Positions 33,142 to 41,537 of a stretch of DNA of 64,000 bases are shown here, piece by piece; positions within the stretch are counted from its first letter, which is position 1, and the number at the start of each line of letters is the position of its first letter. The DNA is taken from IMG/VR virus record IMGVR_UViG_3300042993_000007, positions 71-64,070 of that record; one strand, given 5' to 3'. The notes below the pieces were generated by a model. That model did no database searches and was not told the DNA's origin. It saw nothing but the letters and a program-made list of their open reading frames with translations. The translations under genes were made by a program, and so were the position numbers. This DNA is from a virus (lineage: Duplodnaviria > Caudoviricetes).

Positions 33142-34961
33142 CCTGTCTGACGCTGCTGCCTCGGGAGTACCAGATCGAGGCGGTGTCGTCCCTTTACTGG
33201 TACTTCGAAAACTACCCGGTAGGCAACCCAGTGGTCGCCATGCCCACCGGGACAGGGAAGTCGATCGTTATTGCGATGTTCCTGCAAAGCGTTTATCAGA
33301 AGTGGCCGAACCAGAAAATCCTTGTGCTCACCCACGTCAAGGAGCTCATTCAGCAGAACTACGAAGAGCTCGTTGGCTTGTGGCCCCAGGCACCGGCTGG
33401 CATATACAGCTCCGGGCTTAACAGGCGGGACACACGGAACTCCATCGTGTTCGCTGGTATCGCTTCGGTTGCCAAGCGCGCGGATGAGTTTGGCCGCGTC
33501 GACCTTGTAATGATTGACGAAGCGCACCTCGTTAGCCCGACCGAAACAACGATGTACCGCAAGTTCCTTGCGCAGCTGATGGTCACTAACCCCATGCTGC
33601 GCGTTATCGGGTTGACTGCCACACCCTGGCGCCTGGGGCACGGCAAAATCACTGACGGCGATGAAGCGCTGTTCACCGACGTGTGCTTCGACATCACCGG
33701 CATTAACGCATTCAACCGGCTCATTGCCGAAGGCTTCCTCAGCCCCCTGGTGCCCAAGCCAACGCAGACGAAGCTTGACGTCGATGGCGTTCACATGCGG
33801 GGCGGTGAGTTCATCCAGGCAGAGCTGCAACGCGCTGTCGACATCGATGACATCACTGAAATGGCTTTGCGCGAAGCCATGGAGTACGGGCACAACCGGC
33901 AAAGCTGGCTGATCTTTTGTGCAGGGGTTGAACACGCCTGCAACACGTCGCGCATACTGAACGACCTGGGCATTCCGTGCGGCGTAGTCCACTCCGACAT
34001 GAGCACGGGCGAGCGCGACCAAGTATTCAAGGACTTCAAATCCGGCAAGCTGCGCGCCCTGGCAAACAACAACGTCGCCACCACCGGTTTCAACCACCCA
34101 CCGGTTGACCTGATCATCGTGCTGCGGCCGACTGCGTCGTCTGTGCTGTGGGTGCAAATGCTTGGTCGCGGTACACGCCCATACGACCCACGCAAACCCG
34201 GCAAAGTCGACCCTATGGCCTTCCCGCTATATAAGCGCAACTGCCTTGTCCTGGACTTCGCTGGTAACACCATGCGCCTTGGGCCAGTCAACGACCCGGT
34301 GGTGCCGCAGAAGAAAGGCAAGAAGGGTGGCAAGGCACCTGTCAAGCTTTGCGAGAAGTGCAACACCATGGTTCACGCGAGCCTGGTTTGGTGCAACACA
34401 GAGCTTGACGACGGCACCATCTGCAACAACGAGTTCCCGAGGGAAGTACACATCGGCACCCAGGCGGGCACCGAGGTACTCGTCAAGGGTGACAACCCTG
34501 TAGTCGAGGTGTTCAAGGTTGACCACATTACCTACACCACCCACACAAAGTCCGACAGGCCGGACAGCATTAAAGTGAAGTACTACTGCCACATGAACAG
34601 CTTCAACGAGTTCGTGTGCGTCGAGCACCAGGACTATGCAGGCAAGCGCGCCCGTCGCTGGTGGCGCGAACGCAGCACCGAGCCTATGCCTGCAACCACC
34701 AAGGAGGCGATGGAAGTTCTTCAGCAGGGCCAAATGATGGCAGCGACGCACCTGCGGGTGTGGTTAAACAAGAAGTACCCTGAAATCCTGGCCTACTGTT
34801 ATGACGGCAGTGCGTTCGGGACCCAGGTGCCAACGGTCGACGACAACCCGACCCAGGAAGTTGTCGGGCCTCGTAGTATGCACCTGCCAAACGTCAACCC
34901 GAACCCCGAGGCTGGGGACCAGCCGGATTTCGATAGCTTCGACGACGACATACCTTTTTAA
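33138..34961 (+). CDS. SF2 helicase, RadD/YejH-like, ending in an SSB-tip motif
   Basis: PTGTGKS, IDEAH, GLTATP, TTGFN, QMLGRG, CEKC...C...C Zn finger; C-terminus DFDSFDDDIPF. Confidence 0.9.
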   Translation: MTCLTLLPREYQIEAVSSLYWYFENYPVGNPVVAMPTGTGKSIVIAMFLQSVYQKWPNQKILVLTHVKELIQQNYEELVGLWPQAPAGIYSSGLNRRDTRNSIVFAGIASVAKRADEFGRVDLVMIDEAHLVSPTETTMYRKFLAQLMVTNPMLRVIGLTATPWRLGHGKITDGDEALFTDVCFDITGINAFNRLIAEGFLSPLVPKPTQTKLDVDGVHMRGGEFIQAELQRAVDIDDITEMALREAMEYGHNRQSWLIFCAGVEHACNTSRILNDLGIPCGVVHSDMSTGERDQVFKDFKSGKLRALANNNVATTGFNHPPVDLIIVLRPTASSVLWVQMLGRGTRPYDPRKPGKVDPMAFPLYKRNCLVLDFAGNTMRLGPVNDPVVPQKKGKKGGKAPVKLCEKCNTMVHASLVWCNTELDDGTICNNEFPREVHIGTQAGTEVLVKGDNPVVEVFKVDHITYTTHTKSDRPDSIKVKYYCHMNSFNEFVCVEHQDYAGKRARRWWRERSTEPMPATTKEAMEVLQQGQMMAATHLRVWLNKKYPEILAYCYDGSAFGTQVPTVDDNPTQEVVGPRSMHLPNVNPNPEAGDQPDFDSFDDDIPF

Positions 34962-34980
34962 AAATAAATCCAAAAATCGT

Positions 34981-35009
34981 TTGCACAGGACGGAACCATC
35001 AACTAGGGT
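34981..35009 (+). promoter_or_regulatory. sigma70-like promoter
   Basis: TTGCAC-N17-TAGGGT followed by CAAGGGCAGCA. Confidence 0.55.
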
Positions 35010-35054
35010 ATGTACAAGGGCAGCACAAACCAACCACCGCCCAGGAGAAGCACC

Positions 35055-35708
35055 ATGGAAACTACTAAATTCTACAGCAGCAAATCCAACGCCAAGCGCG
35101 CAGCCGCCAAGGCTGGTATCGATCTGGCCACCGCAGTACTGGTCGAAGGTGAAGGTGGTTTCGCTTACACCGCACCAGCCGCCCCGGAAGCACCAGTGGC
35201 CCCAGCAGCACCGGAAGCCGACCTGGAAGTGTCCGAGCACGACAAGGGCCTGATCGCCATGTGCGGCCACTCGCACTGCCCACACTGCGAAATCCACCTC
35301 AGCAACGGCGTGATGGACTTCGACAGCTTGGTTGAAACCGCTGGCAGCTTTAAAGCAGCTTTCGAAAGCCAGCAACATGAATGGTCCTGCATGGGTTGCG
35401 GTGGCGAATGGGGTGCCGAAATCACCGAGGCCCCTGCCCAGGCACCAGCAGCCGCACCAACTGGCACCGGCGTAAAAATCGAAAAGAACCGCGAAGAACG
35501 CAACGGCGTTAAACGCCCTTCGGTTGGTGGCATGTGCCGCGCAGTGTGGGACTTCTGTGACGCCCACCAAGCTGCCAACGGTGCAGCCCCAGCAGTAAAA
35601 GACGTCAAGGCCGCAGCCGAAACCAACAGCTGGAACGCCAACAACGCTTCGATCGAGTACTACTTGTGGCGCAAGTTCATGGGCATCCGTGGCCGTCAGG
35701 CCAAGTAA
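35055..35708 (+). CDS. Paralog family member A (Zn ribbon plus shared C-terminal domain)
   Basis: ATG 35055 with AGGAG SD; CPHC...CMGC; NGVKRP...CRAVW...N.NN...EYYLWRKF.G. Confidence 0.75.
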   Translation: METTKFYSSKSNAKRAAAKAGIDLATAVLVEGEGGFAYTAPAAPEAPVAPAAPEADLEVSEHDKGLIAMCGHSHCPHCEIHLSNGVMDFDSLVETAGSFKAAFESQQHEWSCMGCGGEWGAEITEAPAQAPAAAPTGTGVKIEKNREERNGVKRPSVGGMCRAVWDFCDAHQAANGAAPAVKDVKAAAETNSWNANNASIEYYLWRKFMGIRGRQAK

Positions 35709-35754
35709 CCCAACCAATTAATTCCGGGGCCAGCGATGGCCCCAAGGGGCGACC

Positions 35755-36492
35755 ATGTACTTCACAATCGATATGTGTAGGCTGCTGGTGCTGCATAAGC
35801 ACCCTTCGTTCGTTGTGGTTGGTGCGCTAGCCGACCTCGAAATACCCGACTCGGCTTACTTCATTACGCAGCTCGATACCGAGCGTCGCCTGTACACCAT
35901 CGGCGAAAGCCAACTTGTCGAACTGTACCGCAACATCACGGGCGAGCAGCCGCAACACACCGGCAACCAACTGCGCAAGCTTATACTCGAACTCGCTAGC
36001 CGCTTGCCCGAAACCGATGTGCGACAGGCCGAAGTCGAAAGGCAGTGCGACTATGCCACTGCCCACCCTGCCGACGGGCCTTACCGGTACGTGCGTGGGG
36101 CCAGCAGGCCGCACCGTGCCGCCGAGTTGGCCCCAGGGTTAACCACAGGGGTTGCCAGCGACCCTGGCAGCGTACTGGCAACGTTTGTGGCGCCCAAGGC
36201 CAAGGCCCAAACCTTTGTGCTTTCGCCAGACATGCGCGAACCAGCGGAACCCGAGCCAAAGGCACCCAGGGCGCCCAGGGCACCGGGTAGCGCACCGAAG
36301 GGTGGTGTACGCCAAGTCATCTGGGACACGGCCGACGCCATGTGGCAGGCTGCGGGCCAGCCGAAAGACAAGCGCGAAGTCCTCGCTTTACGCAAAGCGG
36401 TTATGGATGAACTCGAGACGCAACATGGTGTTAAGCGCACCAGCAGTTCCAACGAACTCGGCAACTGGCAAAAGGCGCGTATCACCGTGTAA
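35755..36492 (+). CDS. Paralog family member B (divergent)
   Basis: C-terminal PKGGVRQVIWDTAD...ELGNWQK. Confidence 0.7.
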   Translation: MYFTIDMCRLLVLHKHPSFVVVGALADLEIPDSAYFITQLDTERRLYTIGESQLVELYRNITGEQPQHTGNQLRKLILELASRLPETDVRQAEVERQCDYATAHPADGPYRYVRGASRPHRAAELAPGLTTGVASDPGSVLATFVAPKAKAQTFVLSPDMREPAEPEPKAPRAPRAPGSAPKGGVRQVIWDTADAMWQAAGQPKDKREVLALRKAVMDELETQHGVKRTSSSNELGNWQKARITV

Positions 36493-36526
36493 AATCTTGC
36501 TCGCCGTTTCAAGATTGTGCTAGCTT
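36491..36526 (+). promoter_or_regulatory. sigma70-like promoter with AAAATC element and extended -10
   Basis: AAAATC-TTGCTC-N18 (ending TGC)-TAGCTT. Confidence 0.55.
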
Positions 36527-36546
36527 TGTAGCTCCTTAGTACACAA

Positions 36547-37110
36547 ATGAACCTCAGCCGTCGAGTACCTAATATGAGCCAATTGACCCCGGAACAAATC
36601 GCAGCAAACAAGGCCGAAGCAGACGCAAAGAAAAAGCTGGAGCAGGAAACCAAAGCCGCTGAAAAGAAAGTCAAGGCGGACGAGAAAGCCGCAGCCGCCA
36701 AGCTGAAGAAAGAAAACGACGCCAAGGCCCGCGATGAAGCCAAGGCCAAGAAACTGGCCGAAGCCCAGGCTGTCAAAGACCAGCGTGAAGCCGACAAGAA
36801 AGCCAAGGCTGACGCCAAGGCTGCCAAGGTCGCCGAGCGCGAAAACTCCCGTATGCCTGAGCAGAACGGCGTGCGCCGTCCGAAGGCCGATACCCTGTGC
36901 GGTAAAGCCTGGGGCATCGCTGACAAGCTGTCCGCCAGCCTGGGCCAGCCTGTACCGATTGCCAACCTGCTCGAAGCTACCACCGCCGAGGGCCTGAACG
37001 AAGGTAACGTGAAGGCCGAATACGCACGTTGGAGAAAGTTCCACGGCGTGACTGGCCGCGTTGCCCTGCCGAAGCCTGCAGAAACCCCAGCACCAGCGCC
37101 CGTACAGTAA
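36547..37110 (+). CDS. Paralog family member C (Lys/Ala/Glu coiled coil plus shared domain; start may be 36574)
   Basis: KAAEKK-type repeats; NGVRRP...CGKAW...LNEGN...EYARWRKFHG. Confidence 0.75.
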   Translation: MNLSRRVPNMSQLTPEQIAANKAEADAKKKLEQETKAAEKKVKADEKAAAAKLKKENDAKARDEAKAKKLAEAQAVKDQREADKKAKADAKAAKVAERENSRMPEQNGVRRPKADTLCGKAWGIADKLSASLGQPVPIANLLEATTAEGLNEGNVKAEYARWRKFHGVTGRVALPKPAETPAPAPVQ

Positions 37111-37137
37111 CCTGTCCCCAGGTTACGGGAAACCCAC

Positions 37138-37159
37138 AAGCGGGGCACACGCCCCGCTT
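37138..37159 (+). terminator. Hairpin terminator before queE
   Basis: AAGCGGGGC-ACAC-GCCCCGCTT-GTT. Confidence 0.6.
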
Positions 37160-37181
37160 GTTAACTACCCCAGGAGGCGAA

Positions 37182-37871
37182 ATGAACGCCCAAGCTCCCG
37201 AACACAAGTCACACCAGCTCGACACCCTCGATGTACACAGCATTTTTCTAACTATCCAAGGTGAAGGCCCGTTTACCGGGTGCCCTGCGGTGTTCGTCCG
37301 GCTAGCCGGGTGCAACCTGCAATGCCCTGGGTGCGACACCGACTACACCAGCAAGCGCGAACGCATGTCGCCCAGTGCCATAGCTGCCAAGGTAATTGAC
37401 CTGAGCGGGCCTGCGGTACTTGTGGTTATCACTGGCGGTGAACCGTTTCGGCAAAACATCGCTGACCTGTGCAAGCGGCTTGTCGGCTTGGCCTACAACG
37501 TGCAAATCGAAACGAACGGTACGCTGCCAATCTCCAGCGCAGTGCCGCTCGACGTCCATGTGGTGTGCAGCCCTAAAACCGGGTCGGTACACAAGTCGAT
37601 CGAGCGCTGGGCAAACCTGTCCTATAAGTACGTGCTGAAGCATGGCGAGGCTAGCCCAGTTGACGGCCTGCCGTTGCTTGCCCTGGGCCACAGCGCTGCA
37701 CCACACCTCGCCAGACCACCGGTAGGCTTTACCGGCAACGTGTACGTCCAGCCAATGGACGAAGGCCATGAAGTGCTCAACTCGTTGAATCTCCTTGCGT
37801 GCATCGAAAGCGTTATGGCTTTCAACTATCGCCTGCAACTGCAAACTCATAAACTTATCGGGGTGGAGTAA
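37182..37871 (+). CDS. queE: 7-carboxy-7-deazaguanine synthase (radical SAM)
   Basis: [37 protein letters not shown]; ATG 37182 with AGGAGG SD. Confidence 0.93.
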   Translation: MNAQAPEHKSHQLDTLDVHSIFLTIQGEGPFTGCPAVFVRLAGCNLQCPGCDTDYTSKRERMSPSAIAAKVIDLSGPAVLVVITGGEPFRQNIADLCKRLVGLAYNVQIETNGTLPISSAVPLDVHVVCSPKTGSVHKSIERWANLSYKYVLKHGEASPVDGLPLLALGHSAAPHLARPPVGFTGNVYVQPMDEGHEVLNSLNLLACIESVMAFNYRLQLQTHKLIGVE

Positions 37872-37872
37872 C

Positions 37873-38673
37873 ATGAAACCGAACACGAAAGCGCTTGTCG
37901 TACTCTCAGGCGGTCAGGATTCGACGACCTGCCTTTTCTGGGCCAAGGCCAACTTCGAGCAAGTGCATGCGGTCACGTTCAACTACGGCCAACGGCACTC
38001 CATTGAAATCCATGCGGCCACCCAGGTGGCGCAAATGGCCAACGTTGCCAGCCACGAGATCATCGACGTCCGTGGCCTGCTGCAATCGACCAGCCCACTG
38101 ACCAGCGATGCGCCGTTGGAGCAGTACGAAAACGCCGAGCAGATGGAAGCCGTTATCGGCAACCGCGTCGAGCTCACATTCGTGCCAATGCGCAACACGC
38201 TGTTCCTAACCATCGCTGCCAACCGGGCCATCGCCCTGGGCTGCCGCCACATCGTCACGGGCATTTGCCAGGAAGACAACGCCAACTATCCTGACTGTAC
38301 CAATATGTTCCGCGGTCGGGTGCAGGACGCTTTTAACGAGTCGCTGTTCGGCACGCGGCATTCGTCCAATGAACTGAAGGTGCTGGCCCCGTTGATCTTC
38401 ATGTCCAAGGCCAAGTCGGTGCATTTCGCCCAAACGTTGCCAGGGTGTATGGATGCCCTGGCGTATAGCCACACCAGCTATGACGGCAAGTACCCGCCAA
38501 CCGACATGAACCATGCCAACGTGCTGCGGGCCAAGGGCTTCGAGGACGCTGGCGTTCCAGACCCACTGGTGGTTCGGGCCTACGTCGAAGGCCGCATGCA
38601 GCTACCGGAAACCGCCAATTACGACACGGTGCGCCACAACCTCGCACATCCACTTTTTAGCATACCGGAGTAA
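37873..38673 (+). CDS. queC: 7-cyano-7-deazaguanine synthase (variant lacking C-terminal Zn cysteines)
   Basis: [31 protein letters not shown]...K. Confidence 0.92.
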   Translation: MKPNTKALVVLSGGQDSTTCLFWAKANFEQVHAVTFNYGQRHSIEIHAATQVAQMANVASHEIIDVRGLLQSTSPLTSDAPLEQYENAEQMEAVIGNRVELTFVPMRNTLFLTIAANRAIALGCRHIVTGICQEDNANYPDCTNMFRGRVQDAFNESLFGTRHSSNELKVLAPLIFMSKAKSVHFAQTLPGCMDALAYSHTSYDGKYPPTDMNHANVLRAKGFEDAGVPDPLVVRAYVEGRMQLPETANYDTVRHNLAHPLFSIPE

Positions 38674-38675
38674 GG

Positions 38676-39110
38676 ATGGATATCTTCACACACGCAGCCG
38701 TCGGGGCTGCAACCGGGGCAGCCTTCGGGCGCCCGGTGCTGGGTGCCCTGGTGGCAATGCTGCCGGACCTCGGTTACATGCTGCACGCTAACTTCCTGGA
38801 ACGCCTGCGCGTACCGCCCAAGGTGTACGACTTCGGGCACTCGCTGCTGTTCGTGCTGCTGGCCAGCCTGTTGGCCTGGGCGCTGTTCGACGGTGGAACC
38901 GCTGCGGTTGTAGGGCTCGCCCTGCTTTCGCACCTGTGGCTGGACATACCGACGCACGGGCCTACCTGGGGCGTTCGGCTGCTGTACCCACTTCAGTGGC
39001 GGTATGGGTGGGGTGTGGAGTGGGAGTTCTTCAATCGTTCTTGGGCCGAAGGTTTCGTGTGGGGGTTGGCATGGCTAGCAATAGTGTATTCAGCAGAAGC
39101 GTTTTACTGA
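38676..39110 (+). CDS. YdjM-like membrane-associated putative metal-dependent hydrolase
   Basis: FTH, LPD, GHSLLF, SHLWLD, THG...LLYP; hydrophobic helices. Confidence 0.7.
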   Translation: MDIFTHAAVGAATGAAFGRPVLGALVAMLPDLGYMLHANFLERLRVPPKVYDFGHSLLFVLLASLLAWALFDGGTAAVVGLALLSHLWLDIPTHGPTWGVRLLYPLQWRYGWGVEWEFFNRSWAEGFVWGLAWLAIVYSAEAFY

Positions 39111-39373
39111 CGGTTCGGCACTGGCTGCCAATCGTAACGTTCTGCCCTGTTAATAAGCTTCCGGACCTGATATACGTGTCAGTGGAGTTCGGTTCGTTCG
39201 CTGAGCTGTATGCCGTGCGCCGTAAGGTTCGCAAGTTGGTTGGCTGGCGTTGCATGTTCATGGAGGATGTTGCGGTGCAGGTAGCCGACGCATTCCCCGA
39301 AGCAAAATGCGTCACTGTGCGCCTTGCGTTCAACAGGCACGTCGTACAAATAGAGGGTGATAGCAATGTATAA
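39071..39373 (+). CDS. QueF-like (QueF-L type) T-fold protein; start uncertain (39071 ATG or about 39107)
   Basis: FCPVNKLPD (Cys/Asp), VSVEF, FMEDVAV (Glu); lacks the E[SL]K[SA]hK NADPH-binding QueF motif. Confidence 0.65.
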   Translation: MASNSVFSRSVLLTVRHWLPIVTFCPVNKLPDLIYVSVEFGSFAELYAVRRKVRKLVGWRCMFMEDVAVQVADAFPEAKCVTVRLAFNRHVVQIEGDSNV

Positions 39374-39815
39374 GTCCACGAAGACATTTGGGCATGAAGT
39401 CGGCCTCAGTTGTTGCTTTCGTCAGTGGCGGGCTGAAAGCCATTGCCAGCTACTGCACGGGTATGCCATTGCAGTGCGGTTTGAATTCAGTGCAGAGGTT
39501 CTTGACTCTCGTAACTGGGTGGTTGACTTCGGTTCGCTTAAGAGCCTTAAGGGTATCTTGGAGGACAACTTTGACCACACAATGCTTGTGGCTGAAGACG
39601 ACCCCTACAAAGACGAGCTCTGCGGATTGGCGGGGCTTGGCGTTGCCAGGGTTATCTTGCTCCCCAAAGTCGGGTGTGAGGCGTTTGCTGAAATGATTTT
39701 TGAGGTCACGGAACAGTGGTTGGTTGACGCTGGCTACGGTAACCGTGTCTGGCTTGAATCCGTGGAAGTACGTGAGCACGGTGCCAACAGTGCAATCTTT
39801 ACAGGAGCTGAGTAA
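39366..39815 (+). CDS. queD: 6-carboxy-tetrahydropterin synthase
   Basis: [27 protein letters not shown]. Confidence 0.9.
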   Translation: MYKSTKTFGHEVGLSCCFRQWRAESHCQLLHGYAIAVRFEFSAEVLDSRNWVVDFGSLKSLKGILEDNFDHTMLVAEDDPYKDELCGLAGLGVARVILLPKVGCEAFAEMIFEVTEQWLVDAGYGNRVWLESVEVREHGANSAIFTGAE

Positions 39816-40435
39816 TGAGTAAGCCTGAAGACTGGCAAAGCTGTGACCCTGTGTTGGCACCGTCTGCGGATGCAATGTCCAAGGCGTTTGCAGAGGAGGA
39901 CGTCATTGAGAGCCTGCTGCACATCATTGGTGAAAATCCTGAGCGCGGTGGGCTGATTGAAACTCCTGCTCGTGTGGTTAAAGCCTGGAAATACTGGTGC
40001 GGTGGGTACAACGAGGACATTGAAAGTCTGCTCAAGGTGTTTGAGGACGGCGGGGAAAACTACGATCAGATGGTCACCGTGCGGAACATCCCGTTTTACA
40101 GCCACTGTGAGCATCACCTTGCACCGTTCTTTGGTACGGCTACCGTTGCCTACATCCCGGACGGGCGCATCGTTGGGCTGAGCAAGGTTTCCAGGCTGGT
40201 GGACATCTTCGCTCGCCGCTTGCAAGTGCAGGAGCGACTCACGGCTCAGATCGCTGACGCCATGGAGCTGCACCTGGGCGCGAAGGGTGTAGGGGTGTGC
40301 ATACGGGCGCGGCACCTGTGTATGGAAAGCCGGGGCATTTGCCAGCAAGGCCACCACACCGAAACGACCGCGTTGCGTGGCGTCATTTACAGCGACGCCC
40401 AGGCACGCGCTGAGTTTCTGCGTCGGGCGGAGTAA
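39815..40435 (+). CDS. folE: GTP cyclohydrolase I
   Basis: [38 protein letters not shown]. Confidence 0.96.
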   Translation: MSKPEDWQSCDPVLAPSADAMSKAFAEEDVIESLLHIIGENPERGGLIETPARVVKAWKYWCGGYNEDIESLLKVFEDGGENYDQMVTVRNIPFYSHCEHHLAPFFGTATVAYIPDGRIVGLSKVSRLVDIFARRLQVQERLTAQIADAMELHLGAKGVGVCIRARHLCMESRGICQQGHHTETTALRGVIYSDAQARAEFLRRAE

Positions 40436-40440
40436 CGACG

Positions 40441-41367
40441 ATGGGCCTGCATGTCTACCTCGCTGCGGTGTACACGAACAACTATATGCAGGGTCAGAAG
40501 TTGTATGAGGCTCTGACTGACACAGAAAAGGAAATAACTCACAACTTGCCGCACATCCTGGAGTCGTGGCACTACGTTGGGAAACAGCGTTACGTCGACG
40601 ACATGCGGCGTAACGCGGCTCGCATATTCCTCGACTCCGGAGCGTTCTCTGCGTACACCCTGGGCGTTGAGCTTAGCGTCGCTGAGTACTGCGAGTACAT
40701 CCAGCGCAACATGGATATCATACGGGTTGAAGACGGGTCAGTTATGGCTTCGGTATTGGACGGCATCGGTGACCCGTTGCAGACCTACCGGAACCAGCTG
40801 GAAATGGAACAGCGTGGGGTGCGGCCTTTACCGTGCTTCCACGCCGGGGAGGATGAGCGGTACCTGGAGTGGTATATCCAGAACTACGAATACATCACCC
40901 TCGGTGGCATGGTTGGCACCAGCACGAAGCAGCTCATGGTCTGGCTGGACCGGGTGTGGGGCAAGTACCTCACTGACGGTGCAGGGCGGGCGAAGATCAA
41001 GGTGCATGGCTTCGGTATTACGTCGACGCCAATCATGGAGCGTTACCCCTGGTATAGCTGTGACTCATCCTCCTGGATTCAGTCAACGTCGTTCGGTGTT
41101 ATCGTTACGCCGCAGTTTGGCCCGCTGTCCATTTCAGACAAGTCCCCCAGCCGCCACGACGCTGGGCAACACATCAGCACACTGACACCAATTGAACAGG
41201 AGGTCGTGTTTCAACACCTGGAGTCCATTGGCTTTACCTACGAGCGGCTGTCAACAATTTACCAGTCTCGTGCGGCGTACAACCTGTGGGCGTATGGCAT
41301 GATTAACGCACTGATCAACGCAAGCAAAGACGACGTTTTCCGTAACCGAGTGCAGGAGTTATTCTGA
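40441..41367 (+). CDS. dpdA: TGT-like 7-deazaguanine DNA transglycosylase (DpdA family)
   Basis: FLDSGAFS, VLD, PCFH, LGG, HGFG, SCDSSSW; in operon with preQ0 genes. Confidence 0.8.
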   Translation: MGLHVYLAAVYTNNYMQGQKLYEALTDTEKEITHNLPHILESWHYVGKQRYVDDMRRNAARIFLDSGAFSAYTLGVELSVAEYCEYIQRNMDIIRVEDGSVMASVLDGIGDPLQTYRNQLEMEQRGVRPLPCFHAGEDERYLEWYIQNYEYITLGGMVGTSTKQLMVWLDRVWGKYLTDGAGRAKIKVHGFGITSTPIMERYPWYSCDSSSWIQSTSFGVIVTPQFGPLSISDKSPSRHDAGQHISTLTPIEQEVVFQHLESIGFTYERLSTIYQSRAAYNLWAYGMINALINASKDDVFRNRVQELF

Positions 41368-41534
41368 TGACCACAATGCAAGTGCTGATCAACGGTGTGG
41401 TGCGTGAGCGCAAGGTCCACAGTTATGCCCAGTGGAACGGCTATGTCGGCCTAGCTATACCCGTGCTGCACTGGGGAGAGGACATTCACTGGACGGCTGG
41501 TAGCCGCATTCCAGAGATTACCGGAGGCTTTTAA
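41367..41534 (+). CDS. 55-aa hypothetical protein (not in ORF track)
   Basis: TGATG overlap with dpdA stop, AGGAG SD; stop 3 nt before the clamp ATG. Confidence 0.55.
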   Translation: MTTMQVLINGVVRERKVHSYAQWNGYVGLAIPVLHWGEDIHWTAGSRIPEITGGF

Positions 41535-41537
41535 GCC

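Noticed and set aside
38936-39070. 5' extension of track ORF 38936-39373
   Set aside because: Overlaps the YdjM-like gene by 175 nt, with no SD and no homology-like features.
39071-39373. Calling the T-fold gene a canonical NADPH-dependent QueF
   Set aside because: The QueF NADPH-binding motif is absent and the size fits QueF-L; left without a gene symbol.
40441-41367. tRNA-guanine transglycosylase (tgt) for queuosine tRNA
   Set aside because: Lacks the C-terminal CxC..C..H zinc site of tRNA TGT; no queA, queG or tRNAs; context next to clamp and PolB fits DNA-targeting DpdA.
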